Shown: piece by piece, positions 24,562 through 38,711 of the stretch
Layout of the letters: each line of letters opens with the position of its first letter
How positions within the stretch are numbered: the stretch's first letter is position 1
Source: Mustelus asterias
Lineage: Eukaryota
Length of the DNA: 64,000 nt
NCBI RefSeq assembly: GCF_964213995.1
Contig: NC_135802.1
Location: 107,074,001 to 107,138,000, forward strand
Direction of reading: 5' to 3'
Program-made: the position numbers and the translations under genes
Notes under the pieces: generated by a model
Databases searched by the model: none
What the model saw: the letters and a program-made list of their open reading frames with translations, nothing else
What the model was told of the DNA's origin: nothing

Positions 24562-27500
24562 AGTGTCTTTATGATCAGTGTTTTATTCTGTTTATGTTTT
24601 TACCTTTTTATTTCTTAATACTGTCATAAATGTGATGAATAGCACCCTTTAGTATTCAGATTTAAATCACGGCATGTCTGTGATGGTGTTTAGTCAGTCT
24701 CTCGCGTGTCAGTAATATTTTAGATTTTTTTCATGATTAATTGCAACAAATACAAACACATATGATGATGTTCTAGTTCACAGTATGTATGCCTGGATAC
24801 CACGGTGTAGCTGTGCTGCTTTGTTCAATTTTCCTGTCGTTAATAAATCACCATCTCTTACATGCGCAGGGCTGAGAGGCAACTGTAGGCAGCAGCGTTT
24901 GGAAATGAAGAGGCATAAGCTAAATTCCTCTATGATTCATTAATTTGAGCGATTTACAATAAGTGGCAGAGTTATGGTGCTCCAACAAATGCACTAACAT
25001 ATGTAATTCTGAGCAAAGTGAAGCACTTATTCTGCCTGTCTACTGTTTGGCTTAGGCATGGAAATAATGTGCAACTATGAGCCGGAAAAAACATATAAGA
25101 CTAAAGAATGTACAGAAACACCTGTCTTTATTGTAGTGTTTTAGGACAAATTAGTGACTCTCTTATTTTCATAATATTGTATTCATTTATTTCCATGGTT
25201 TTGCTGGTATAATCTCTGAACTCGTAAGGACGCAGTTTGCCCTCATGAAAGAATATATTTGTTCTTCGCAAAGATCTTGCTCCTATTTAATAGGTGCATT
25301 TGATGTTGGTACCTGCCGAAAATAGATCCAGAAACGTGCATTGTTTGCACTCATAATTAAGTAGCACTCCTAATATTTACAATAAAAGATCATTAGTAAA
25401 AGTACATACCACTTAATTAAATGTCTCATCACTCCAGTCAAGTACATTTTATTATTCTCACTATTGGCTATGATCAATCAAAACAAGATAATTGCAATAG
25501 TATAACGGCTGATACAATGTCTTCAGCTTCCGGGCCGGCATTCCAATGAAACACATCTGTAATTGGATGCACCTCCTGAAATCAGAACAATACGTTATGA
25601 GTTACTGTTTGGCAACTGCTTCACGATTATTATTTTTTTAACGACAATAAATGTACTCCTTTTAGATCTAGACCGTCTCTATCCAGAATCAAGATTCGTT
25701 CCAGGATAGTCTAATTGGGCATTGAGATGGTCTAAGAGCCCGAATTTGAAAGGTAAAATATTTTGCTTTGCTGCTGAATTCAGGTGGACTGGTTTTATTT
25801 TAGTGTAACAGGTGGCTTGGTGCTTGCAGTTCATCGGAATCAGGGAACACTAAATGAAAACGTAATTTATTTCTCCAACTCTTGTTATAAGCTGAGAGGT
25901 TGCGTGCACTCCGCAGAACTGTTCCCTTCCACGTTGAAATGTATTACCCGGCTGCAAAAGGTAGTCATGGAGCCATTTGAGAGTGTCAGGTCGGTGGTTA
26001 TTTAAGGGAACAAAAGCCTAGGGTAATTCCTTTGTTTCGGGTTCACAGCAGCCTCTAAGAATTCACTGGGGCTGGAAACATAAAGCTTGATTTATTTAAC
26101 AGGGAATATCATAAATATCATTTTTAAAGGAAAAACAACTTTTTCTGTAACATCACCAAATAACACACATATATTTATTCATTTTCAACTCTGTATATGA
26201 ATTTGAACAACAACATTGGCAGGGGGAGGATCATAAAAATATTTACTGTAATTGTGTAGGGCTTGCTAATTTGCTGTCAACATATTGCCAAAATAAAAAT
26301 ACACGTAGCCATACTTGAAGGGCAATATGCTTTGTAAAACCACCTATTTATTTTTCATGGGATCCAAATGTCACCTCAAAGCAATCTTTCTCAATGCTTG
26401 CGATAGCACGCAATCTCTATTCTATTTCCGTTTGCATATGAAACTAACACCCGAATGTACAGCTGTAATCGGTAAAATGCAGTGAAGAGACCTGAAACCC
26501 CTTGGTTGCAAGTGAACGTAAAATATATCCAATTTCTTTATTTTATTATTACCAGACTAACAAGGAATATCGAAGCAAGAACTTCTCTCCAGTTCCGTTT
26601 TCCCCATTTTTTTGTGCTGAGTGTAAATATCTAAATGGACAGACTTTCCGATATGATTTGTAATTTTATTCAAAGGCAAAATGCAATGCTTAAAAATAAA
26701 CATTATTTTCGACCTCTTCGACATAAGAAATCCAGTTCAGTACAAGTTCTAGGCATGATATAGTTAATAGGACATCAAATGAAAATCACACCAAAATAAT
26801 ATTTTTTTAAATAACCTTTTAAGAAAGAAAAGCAAATCCACAAATAAGAACCGACTAAGCACAGGCATGTAGGGCAAAGCGGCATACAAATCTTCCCTCC
26901 ATTCCATAAACAGTATGTTCAGCAATATGTTGGTTAAAGGTAACACTTTTCCCGCAGACAATACAAGCAAATAGTGTTGTTAGACTTTGTGAAGTTCCGG
27001 ATTGGTAGGAATGCTCAAATTATCTGGTTAGTTGAAAGTGCCGTTTGATAAGTAGAGCAGTTTTATTGCATGGAATAAGGAGTGCAATAAATTACTCAGT
27101 CTTAATGCTTTGTTGTGATGGGTTTGTCAATTGCACCCGCATACAAAAATGATTTTCGTACAAGGCCACTCTTAAAATGAAAACAAACAGAATTTTACTG
27201 ATACTTGGCAGGCTTATTTTTCGGATAGTTTCTGTATAAAGTTGATAGAATTTAGATTAAAAGAAAGCAATTGTTTCCTTGCGGCCATTCGTTTCTTGGG
27301 GACGTTTTCTCATGCTCCGAGCACTCAGTCTAATTTTATTCAGGTCAGCGTCCGCCTAAATCTTGCACCAGATCCTGTTTCCTAACTTTATTTCCCAGCC
27401 TCAAAGTCTAACATTTCCACTTAAAGGGTGTGTTTGTTCTGGAGAACAAAGACAACGAAATAATATTCAACTGTGCTTAAACAGCGGGAGAAAATCGCTT

Positions 27501-28706
27501 ATCTATAATTACACGTTTGTTACAGAGTAATGTCTCAATGGACATTTAAAAAAAACAATAAAGAGTAAAATGAAACGTGTAGCGGTGGTTAGTGCTTAAC
27601 GTGCGAACGCCACTTTCTCTGCCATGCTGCCCGGCTTTATCCTTACCTTCGCAATGCAATGGGACTTAGCTCTCCTCAACACTGGGGCAGCTGTTTTCCT
27701 AAACCAACACCGCTTAAATGCAATGCGAGTTTGCAAGCATACTACCCTAACAATGAACCACAGAAACTTTATTGTATGTGCCTAATAACCAGATTTGATC
27801 CAGATTCTGCTAACAATTATTTTTAAGTCACGTGAACGGATTCCATAAGGTTTTTTTTCCCCCTCGATTTGACCCTGCTTGTTTGCTGGGCTGCTTTTTT
27901 CTCTCTCTCTTTTTAATGCTCAGATCTCACAGAAAACCAGTGCCCCAGACGTCTGCAGAAACCTGTAAGGCAACCAGTTCAGTATTTGCGGGGCGCCGGA
28001 TCAGTGTTAAGGATTTAAATTTCCTTCTCCTGCTTTTCTGGCCTGAACAGGCTTTGCAGAAAGAGGGACTATCTCAAGTAAGCAGTGAGCAATATTTTTA
28101 AAACAGCCGGATAATCTGGAAAATGTAGAATCTGCAGGGTGCGTTGGAACTTTCCCCCCCCTAAAGCACATTACCAATTTCGCAGCAGGCTTTATCCGTC
28201 CTTTGAGGCTGATTTGGATTTGGCTGAAATCTCAGGTAAGCTATAAGATTCTTTGCAGCTCTATCTATTGGCCTATAGAACAATCCCCGGCCCAGTTTTC
28301 AATTAATGCACAAAACCTGACCCAAGAGAAGCTATTGCTTATCGCCTAGGCCGATTATCTGTTTTTCCAGATTCTTCAACCTTTAGAATGGACACGTCGG
28401 TTATAGTTATTTCCTGGAACATTTTAAAGTTCAACTTTTCACTTTTTAAAAGTTTGTGCTGGTTTTGCGATAATACCTCTAAATCAAAAATGGCCATTAG
28501 TTGCTCGGACAGAAGAACTGTTTAACTTTCAAAATTTTAGCCCCAAGATATAACTGTGAGCTGTGAGAGCTATTTCCTTACTTTGATGGGTTCTACTTGT
28601 CCAGTACAAGTGTCCTAAATATATCTTCAAACTGTAGTCTCCGAATAGCCGGTCTCAACTGTCTCAATTTCAGAAGGTTTCTTGCAAATTTCAAAGAAAC
28701 CTGGCG

Positions 28707-28844
28707 NNNNNNNNNNNNNNNNNNNNNNNNNNNNNNNNNNNNNNNNNNNNNNNNNNNNNNNNNNNNNNNNNNNNNNNNNNNNNNNNNNNNNNNNNNNNNN
28801 NNNNNNNNNNNNNNNNNNNNNNNNNNNNNNNNNNNNNNNNNNNN
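28707..28844. other. Assembly gap (138 N)
   Basis: Run of N, with TA/TG-rich sequence on the right flank. Confidence 0.99.
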
Positions 28845-30410
28845 TAAACGTATATGCATATATTTACGTGTGTATATGCGTACATTATATGTCGAACTTC
28901 AGTTGGTAGTGTTCATCAATTATTCATTAATGTTTTACTTTGGGTGAAAGTTTAACCACGGCCTTTGTAAGACCATTGCATGGATTTTGTTCAGAGTGAA
29001 AATGTAGAAGGCATAACCTCTCTCAAATTTGCTGAGGTTGGGAGGCCAATAAACTGGTCTTGCTTTTGTACCCTGACACTTGGATTTGCTGTTATGATTA
29101 GAATTTAACTCAGTTCATCAAGAGCCATACTTAACTGTCCCACCCAAACTTTTTGCATATGCAGGCTTGCCTAAAACTGTAGAATTGGACATTAAAACAA
29201 CTTTCGATCATTTGGGACACTGAATAATGGTTACAAGCAAGAATAGTGTTGAAAGGAAACGTGTCTATATTGTGTAAAACAGCTTGCAGTGAATGTTTAT
29301 GAAACAACTTTCAGAGATATTCAGGATGAAAATGAATAGAAGGAAGCAAAGGTGGAAGTGGAAGGGGCAAAATAAAGTAAAAGCAACAGAATAAAGGGAC
29401 CATACTGAAAATAGAACTTACATGAGAAAGGCACGTTTTCTAATTATATTTAAATGGCAGAAAATACGTGCTGAGAATAGAGACATATCAATTATCAATC
29501 TCTTACATGAACTGTAATTTTTTAACAACTTCAGCCAAATTGATATTTCAGGTGTCTTGATATTTTCTCCTAAATACTTTTGATTACCCCAAACTTTCAA
29601 TACGTGTTGCACTAAAGTAAGGTAAATCTGACGAAGAAGGCAGAGATTTCAATTCTATTCCCTAAAGATACACAATGGCCATATTTTCATCGATGGTTCC
29701 GCATCACTATTAACATATATTACATTTGAATCTATTTTGTACTTTCTTCCGCAAGAAATTCAATGCATCACTCAATTGGCAGAAAACGTGTAAGCACACA
29801 TTTTGCATGAAGGTCCCTACAGACATGACTTACCATTCTACAGGAAAAGAAAGCAGAATCATTACATCGCTGTCAAGTCCACTCCTCACCCTGTGCTACA
29901 CTCACTAAAATCACCTAGGCTTTCTGGGACACTGCTTTGTCTTTGTCAGGTAATTATAATCCTTTTCTAGTTTCAATAACTAGCATGGTGTAACGTGTGG
30001 GTGTTAAGCAAGTCCAGTACAATAGCACGCTCTGAAAAGGGAGACTCGGGTGGAAGCCTAACCACTGTGGGACTTCCCTGCTTATTTGGCTGTTTTGGTC
30101 GAAAATGTGAAGTGCTCCCTTTTTCATAGGTCGATTTAAACTTCCGTTCCGGGTTTTAATGCGCTGCCAAGAACTATTCCTCGTTCCAAATAGTTGAGTC
30201 TGCAGGCTCCGGATAGAGGTCTTTTACACTATGAGATACAGGCGACACAACTTACCGTACCGTGGATTTCCTGCAAAGAATTATCGCGGAGCAACCTTCT
30301 GCAACACCAACAAAACTCTGCTTAAGAAACTTCTTAGGTTTTGTTGGGTAAAAAGTTAGGTTTTGCCTGAAAAAGGTGCTCCTTTAATTATCTCCCAAAT
30401 TCAAATAAAA

Positions 30411-30681
30411 GGATTTAAGTTGACGTATGACCACGTGAGCACATAATACAGCGCATTATTGTGGCATTTGGATCGGAGACCTATGCTGGCTTCGGCTGTG
30501 ATTACGCTTTTCCACTTTCTGTTAAGAGCCAGCTATTTTCTTCTAAAGAGATTGCACTCTGGGCACTGGATTTCACATGAAGGAATATATGCGAGCAGGG
30601 CGAGATGCTGCGTTTAGCGGAATGGATTTTATTTTGAGGTATTCCAAATGCTTCCGTTGATTGTTCATTAATATGGTGAGT
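30411..30681 (+). promoter_or_regulatory. Candidate alternative HoxA3 promoter/untranslated exon
   Basis: CRE-like TGACGT (30421) next to E-box CACGTG (30432). Donor G|GTGAGT at 30675/30676. Confidence 0.5.
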
Positions 30682-33419
30682 TATTGCTGTTCAAGGCAAA
30701 GGTCAGTGGAAAGACTTACGGGTGTCAGATTGTGCCAGAACACGCTTAGATTCCCCTTTTTTCTGTTTGCTTCGGCATATAATCCATTTCCAATAATATT
30801 CTCTCTCCATATGGTAAATGGAAAGAAGTTATTTTGTAGAATACTGTTCGGATCACATGCGTGTGTTGTCCTTAAAACAGGAACAATTGAATATTGAAAT
30901 CCTGTCAATGGCCGCTCTCTGCCCGAGTGTGTACAAACAAAAGTGTATTTTTATCACATAGAATTTAACGCCGATATTTCTGGCTCTAATGGATGTTAAG
31001 AGGAATGATTATTGTATCACATGGGGGTAAATATGCATCTACTTATTCTGGCATTTTATTCATTATGTAATGCGCTCCAATGAACGGTTCTCCGTCCATT
31101 TTAGAAATCTACTCAGCTAGTTTGTGAATTGTAGTATCTCTAGGCGGAGGTTATTTAGGTTTCGCGTTACTAAGTGTGTGTTGTTGAAATCTCAATGAAT
31201 CATATCGCTTAATGGAGGTGTATTAAATTTTATGCTTCTATCATTGACGGGCAGTGATGTTGTGTGGGGGGGGGGGGGTGGTGGAGAGAAGAGAGAGAGT
31301 CAATCCACCTAAGGTTTAAATTTTTTTAAAAAAATCATTGTTGCTCAAATATAGCCCCTATTTGTTCATTTTCACCGTGGTAGTATTTGATTAATGTAAG
31401 GCACTAAGCAGGCTGAATCGAGAGGATTATTTTGTTAGCAGGCCGTCATTGCGTTGGAATACGGATTGCCTGGAGAATTTAACGAAATAAATTAAAAGGC
31501 GATACGAACTAACGCAATACTGCCTTTGTTTATAAAGGATGCATGCGCGATGAATAAAAGGCTGGAGAAAGACTCGTTATGATATGCTGGGGGTGCAAAT
31601 GTTATATAAAATTGCACCCACCAGTGAGTCCTGCTCAGGAAAGGTCAGGGTGTTGCGATTTGATTTATGTTTTCGGTGGACTGGGACAGCCGGGCCAATG
31701 CAATCTGCTTTAACGAATGCTTTACTTCTTTTTATATATGACAAATCACATTGGCAATTATTGATAGCCAGATCAGTACCCTACCGTAATTCTACCAATC
31801 GCGTAAACCAAAACCAATTCGGCTGGGGGGAGGGGGTGGTGGGGGGATAAAAAATCATTGCGAATAAGCAAAGTTATTTTCTGCCATATTTTCGGTCCGG
31901 GACGCGAATGCATTTATCGGAAGATAACATTACTTTGCGAACAATTATGCCTCAAATGTGCCATGCCCGTGGAATTGTTGTAATTGATATTTTTAGTCCC
32001 TATTGGACTTTGAACTCTCGATTTGGCTTATCTACTTCAATTCTTGCAATATATCTGCGGCCTTTACTGTCCCCTCACTCCACCCGGCCGACGCAAAGTT
32101 AAATGTAAACACCGAGCATTTTTTTAATAAATACATTAAAATTTAATTGCAGTTGGGGTTACACGTCATTGTTGTTTTCTGATTTATTGTCCAGCCCTGG
32201 TGTAAATTTGACAAGGCTAAACCACACAAATAATACCATTTTTACAGAGTTTGAGAGCAAATGAGAGTTGGATTCGTACAGACATATTTGAGAACGATAC
32301 ATACATAAAGCGCCTTATTAGGGGTGGCGTACAGAAAATCTACTAGGTTGTTGAATGATAAATCCTCGGCTTGACACATTTCGTTCAATATTCCACAGAA
32401 ACCTTAACATAGTTCAGAGATGATTTTCTCACTTATTGGAATGTTATCGTATGTGTACAATTGAGCTGAGGGTCTAGCTTGTTCCCACCCCCCACCCCGC
32501 CCGTTAACAATCCACACAGAATTAGTCGAGTTACTTAGACCCAGCTCTCCGACGCCTTTCCTTTCATACCGTGGAAATTAATGGTTTCTCGTTTCCGTTC
32601 CAGACTTTATACTAAATAACAATTCTACAATCAGAGACTTTTCACTGAGACTGAACAAACTTTCGGTGAGTTTTGTGTACTATTCTGATTTTTAAAAAAA
32701 TACATATATAGTCGTTAAAAGCCCCAACTGCGAACATTGCGAGATGTCACCTTTATTAGCCCCAGTGCCGGCTGCCGATGATGTTGAACATCTGCTAAAG
32801 GGACCCACAGTATGCTATAATAATTTCAAATTATATATTGCGTTTTTTTAGGATAAACGAATAAATAAACATAACTGTATCAATTGCAGAAGAAATTACA
32901 TCCAGCATGCATTCTAGGCCATAAAATGGATGCTAATTCATAGCAGACTGCCTTTTCAATTATTAAATATGGCTGGCGGAAATGTAAACTTTTGGTTACT
33001 GTCTTCGAATTTCGAGCAAGGTGTTTTAGAAATGCAAGTTATAACTGTTGGAATTAATTATAGGCACCTTGTAAAAAGGGATATCATCTATGGTTTGGAG
33101 CAAACCAATCGTTCTCTCCTCTCTTCGTTTACTTTCTCTTTGTAGAACTTAGCAGCTAGCTGCAGGGAGAGTCGTCAATCATGAATGGCGTAAAGCATTT
33201 CTTGTCCAGTATTTTAGTTCACTGCACCCAACGAGCTCGCGATGATTTTAGAAGATACCCTCACATAAACCAGACGCTCTCAAATCCTATCCAGTCGCTT
33301 TTTAACTGAAGCTCATTCAGCCAAACTTAAGTAATAGAAAGTTTTTTTTAAAATCCAGCATCCGTGGCGTTACTTTTTTTTTGCCATGTTCCTACAATCT
33401 CAAGAGAAAGAGAGAAAAG

Positions 33420-33690
33420 TTGGAGTCAGCACTTTAAGAAAAGTTGGAGGACTGATCATTGACAATAAAGTACTTCACTATAGATGGAACATTGAGCGGC
33501 TTACTTGAAAAGTTGCAAACGAGTGAATTTTTGTCCCTATCTTCCCTCCTACGCTGGCTGGCTTCCCCTTTCAAGCAGTTGCATCGCAATAAAGCGATAG
33601 GAGCAAGTGTTTTCACTTTAGTGCTCTGTTTACAGCCTTAGTGCATGAAGTCATAAATCTTACGTAGCCATAAACGACAGAAGCATTGGT
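33420..33690 (+). promoter_or_regulatory. Hoxa3 rhombomere 5/6 enhancer (Kreisler/MafB plus Hox-Pbx sites)
   Basis: GTCAGCA MARE half-site 33425-33431, TGATCATTGAC 33453-33463, GTCATAAATC 33650-33659 and GCCATAAA. The order is that of the described KrA, Hox/PBC-A and Hox/PBC-B sites. Confidence 0.75.
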
Positions 33691-34645
33691 ATGCATTAGT
33701 GGTGACTATAGCTCGTATACTCATTCAGTTCTCGCCCCCTCTGCCTTGGTTTTGCTTCTGAAGTGTAACTTTTCGCTCCTGTGTCTGAAACACTTTTATT
33801 TCAGCATCGTTAACGCCTTCAGCTCTCTGAATACAGGGGGAAAACACATTGGCCCTGCTTTAGAACCAATTGAACCTGTTTGAAACCGGCTGTATTTTCA
33901 CCCTTGTGTCATATTTCATCTGCACTATTCTCATGCTGTACTTCAAACAAAGGCCTTTCCTGGCAACAAGGTGTTAAGAAAAGTTAATGCAGCACTCTCA
34001 ACGCGGAAGTTTAAAGACATATGTGATTATTGGTATTGTTTCTCAATATAATTATTAACACGTGAGTTGGTTGAAATGGGGCGAGTTCGATTCAGGTTTG
34101 ATTGTAAAGATTTAATGATTGCCAAAGCAGGGCGCTTGTGTCCTCCGTGTTGGTTAATTTGCATAATTTTCACTTGTGACGCTCTGTTTCGGGGGAGTTT
34201 ACCCAGCCTCTCTGTTCAGTACTCTCAGACAGCAATCTTAAAATCCGCGCTTTTAGCATTCAATATTCATAAGAAACATACCCCATTTCTTTGGTATTAG
34301 ATAAGAGCAGCCAGGAAAGCTGATAGTGGTCTTATCTCCCTGACCAGGGCGCGCTACCACAATCACAGGGCTGTCCATCCAAAAGCTAGAGCCTTCTCGC
34401 CAGTTCTTTGCCGCTCTACCATTTTCCTTTCCCCATTTGCCGTTGTCGCCAACGAGTGACTTTCAGCGTGTAAGGGTAACTGCTTGCCTTCATTCTACTT
34501 AATTTGGAAGTTTTGAAACTCCTGCTTATCGATTTCCCCGGTGAATCTGAAAATATTGTGCCGTGGTCTGCGTCTATCGTCAGAGGCTAAGGTAAGCTGG
34601 ACACAAATAGGCTATCACTCGTGAATGGCGGAGTTTATGTCCCAG

Positions 34646-34690
34646 TGATTTATGACCATATGACTTAAATCTCGGTTCAAGAAGAGTTCA
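34646..34690 (+). promoter_or_regulatory. DR5 RARE 5' of HoxA3 with adjacent Hox-Pbx site
   Basis: GGTTCA-agaag-AGTTCA (34674-34690), the known Hox3 5' RARE sequence. TGATTTATGA at 34646. Confidence 0.88.
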
Positions 34691-37600
34691 CATGCTATAG
34701 CTTCCTTTCACATCGTGACTGATACCCGTAGGCTTCGAATTCAAGTCTTTTATTTCTATTTTCAGTTTCTCCCGCAACGTTCATATTCTCCCCTACATTT
34801 TCCAAGTTTTGCGGAATTATCACTGCCTGCACTGTCGCCTGAGGCACATCTATAGACATGAGCCCAGAAACATTTACTATTGCTCTTGGTAGAATCTGTG
34901 TTCCCGTGCTGCATTTTAAATCTTTTATTCTACTTTGCTTCTCCTTGCTGGTATTGTAGAAAATGGGGGAACCTGTTTAGGGGGGCAATGTTATTTATAA
35001 ACACTCATTTCCGTTTGGGCTTAGCTGTATAAGTAGTTGGGTAAAAAAAGGTTTAGATTAATGTCTAATGTGGTGGAGTGTTTGTTTGCCATGACTCCGG
35101 ATTTCACTCCACTAGAGGAAGATTTTATTTTAATGTGTGGTCTGATAGGCAGCGAAAAATATGCTTATGTGAGAGTAGAAAAGCTCATGTGTGTTTAATA
35201 CAAGGTGCCATTCACAGTCACAAACCATTTCTGTATTGAAACATAGAAAGAGAATGAGAAAGAATAGTACTCCAGGGTGATTTTTTAAAAAGAAAATGTG
35301 AGGACAATGAGGAAATTGGTTTACAAAATACTGAGGTGCAATCGCTTAGAATCAGATGCAAAGCGTTTACACAGGTGAGTTACCTTGTGGTTACTCCTGA
35401 AAGAAAAATGGCGGACAGCACACAAGTCTGACAAACCAAAGGGAAATTTTGAAGTGTAAACTCCGATTATTGGGGATTTCCAGTCATTGTTTTTCATAGT
35501 AGAAGGAGTAAAGCACTATTTCTTCCCAATAGTTTATACCTGCATGCTTGAGGACAAGTTCTGAAAATATAGTAAGATTATCTTGAAACAAAGCAAATTA
35601 TTGACAACTCCTTAACAGTAAAACCCAATAATTCAATAACATGTATGCTATTGTCTCCTATGGTGGTAACCAGCTTGTTAGACCTACCCAGAGGCCTGTG
35701 GTTTAAAGCACTGGGAAGTCTGTGATCCACCACTTATTATTTAATAGTTTCAAATTTACAAAATGCTTCGGGAACATTAAGTGCTGCGAATAACAACAAT
35801 GGCACAGACGATTCAATCTCAGCACAGTACATCACAATCATTTTTCAAAAGCATTTTTATTGCATTCGGTTTCACAAACAGACAAAGTATTATTCAAAAT
35901 CTATACTTTGCAGGCTATATCCTCCCTTACTGATCACAAAAGTGCCACTTTCACTTATAGCTCTAAAACAATTGCAATAGCTTTAAAGACTAGGCCACAT
36001 TCAATGGGATATTGCGAAAAAATGTTTTACATAGGTATAGGAATGTAAAATGTTAGAAGAAGACATTTGGCTGGCCAACAAAAATGTACAACGCACATGG
36101 AAATCTTTGTTTTTAAATGGTCAGGTTTAACATGTGCAGGGGAGCCCTGCTTACCAGGAGCTGGGACTATGTTCCTGGCAGCACCACAAAATGGATGGGT
36201 TCGCTTTACTGGTGCATTTTCCTTTGTATCAGTGTGACTGCAGTGAAGAGAGGCCCAGCAAACAATGGCTTGCTCGCTTAGGCCATATTTCTTACTCTAA
36301 ATAAAGAAAAATCTCGTCATGACAACCGACCTATAGATACCTTAACCTATTAAAGTGCACACCCGTGACCAAATATCCGGATTTTTTTAGTACATTGATC
36401 AAAGATCTGCAGGCCTAAGGTGAGCTTTGTGTACATGCGATGCGACCACGATTTTATGTTGCCCTTTTAATTGATTTTTATTCCACGGAAGAAGCAGATT
36501 AAAACAACCCTTAAAATGAGGTATAAGGATAGCACTTTAAAAAAAAAGATGATAATTAACTGAACCACTTGAATAGGATAGTGCTACGTTTGCTGCCTGT
36601 TTCTCATGATGCAGACGCTTTTTGTGGGCTGGGCTCTCAACTCTTCTCCGGCCCAGTGACCCCCATACATCAAATTAAGAGCAGTTTCAGAGACAGAGCC
36701 TATTATCGTTTGGTTGGAAGAAAAGTTCACACCGTGGTCATGCAGAAGAACGCCAGTTTTTCAGGTTCCTGGTCCTTTCCGATCCATCATGCTTTTAGCA
36801 GGTAGAATTCAAACAGTAAAAGGAACCCTTGGAAATTTCCGCCAGACCAAATGGTGACCTGTTAAAAGTGGAACCAACAAAAAAAAACACACACACACTC
36901 ACAAGACATTTCTGCCCATCAGTGTTGCTAAATCTGGGGAGCCAAAACAAATACTAGTTTAAATGCAATGATATCAACCACAGTGCACCTAATGTAATGC
37001 TCGTTCCACATCCCGGGTTAGAGAATGGCAAAATCTGTATTTTAAACCGAGATCCTTTTCTGGGGAAACGAGTCTATTGCAGTACCAGCGGTGTCTATTA
37101 CAAGAACGGAATGTACAAATACAAGCTAACACCACTACCCAGACAGTGGGGAAAACGGCAAATATTTTAAAATTATACCTAAACAGCAGCGTTTACACCC
37201 AGCGCCCAAATTAACTTGCTAGTTATCGGAATTAAAACAAACCTATTCATAATTTTGAGCTTGAATGTATCTTTGTGTTTCTTTGCAGAAAGTTTTAACT
37301 GCTAAAGTTGATTTCTTTCGGTTTCACTTTTTAAAAAAATAATTTACTCGTCGCAGTATTAACACCATTTAAATTTCATCTCATTCGATCTGTAACGAAT
37401 CACATTTTTATCACTGAGTCCAGTTTACACAGATACACATAGCGCAAAGCCATCACATCCCATAAGCATTGGCTTGAAAAAAATGACTTTATCGGCATAT
37501 AAAGTGGCTCTTCTTTTCAACTACCTAGGAAGAAGGTTGCTCCTAAGTTTAACCTACCGAAATCCATCTTTCACATGAACCCATATGTAGCATTGTATTT

Positions 37601-37846
37601 CCCCGATGAGACAAAATAAAATAAAAAGCTGGAATCTGCAGCTACCGATTGTTCGCCGCGCAACCACACTGAGCATTTACCGCTGAGAATCAGTTTTAAA
37701 CCGCTGTTATACTCAGGTTGCCCAGGGCTAAGCTGTGTGACCAAATATTGCTGCACACTTTTTATGGCTTTTCATGTCAGTTGCTATTGAGAGTAAGATG
37801 GATTTGTACCATTTCGCCATTATGGTTTTGTTTCTTGTAACCCCAG

Positions 37847-37962
37847 GTCTACCCGAAGAGGCCATTGGAAGAAGAGAGTCACGTGATACAGGGTGCCAAT
37901 GTTATTCTATAAGGGTGTCAAGACCCTGTCAGTTTGCGAAATAAATATTGGGAAACAACGAG
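37847..37962 (+). promoter_or_regulatory. Conserved HoxA3 leader/proximal promoter
   Basis: Acceptor ttcttgtaaccccag| at 37846, ATTGG 37864, GTCACGTGA 37878, paired TGTCA (Meis) sites in GGTGTCAAGACCCTGTCAG. Confidence 0.75.
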
Positions 37963-38425
37963 ATGCAAAAGGCGACATACTACGACAGCTCTGCAATTTT
38001 CGGTGGTTACACATACCAAGGAGCAAATGGTTTTAACTACAATGCCAGTCAGCAGCAATACCCGCCTTCGTCCCACGTGGAAAACGACTATCATCGGCCC
38101 GCCTGCTCTCTGCAGTCACCGGCCAGCACTGTTCCCCATCACAAACCCAACGATATCAATGAGAGTTGCATGCGAACCAGTGCCAGCCAACCGAGCCACC
38201 ACCCAGTTATTGCAGAGCAACAGCAACAGAAGCAGCCACCACCTCCTCCTCCTCCACCACCACCATCTGTCTCACCACCCCAAAATACCAGCAGCAACTC
38301 GACCCAGTCCAGCACAAACAAAAATCCTACACTTACCTCACAAACCACCATTAGTAAACAAATATTCCCCTGGATGAAAGAGTCGCGCCAAAACGCCAAG
38401 CAAAAAACCAGCAGTTCCAGTTCAG
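37963..38425 (+). CDS. hoxa3: HoxA3 coding exon 1
   Basis: [17 protein letters not shown]-terminus. Hexapeptide [10 protein letters not shown]. Donor CAG|GTATAA at 38425/38426. The exon is entered through an acceptor at 37846/37847. Confidence 0.96.
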
Positions 38426-38711
38426 GTATAAAGTGCCCTGTTTTACCTTTTGGTTATCAATCGACATGTTTGTACAGCGGGTAGTGTTGGTAATGGAACT
38501 ACTGGAACTCTATACTGCCCTCAGCTCCATAAAATCTAAACAACAACAGTTTCAATAGTTTTGGAACCTGGGCCTAAAAATAATGTATGGGTTATTATTA
38601 AACCGTGATTAGGCAATTCGTTTAGCAAAAACACAGGAATATTTACTAAATGTAATTTAGGCAATTGACAGCATATATTATCGGGAAAGAGTTGGGAAAA
38701 TGCATTTCAGC

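Noticed and set aside
28593-28947. ORFs spanning 28.6-28.9 kb
   Set aside because: Artefacts of the N gap.
37934-38377. 147-aa alternative-frame ORF over HoxA3 exon 1
   Set aside because: Non-ATG start and low-complexity shadow of the Pro/Gln/Ser-rich exon.
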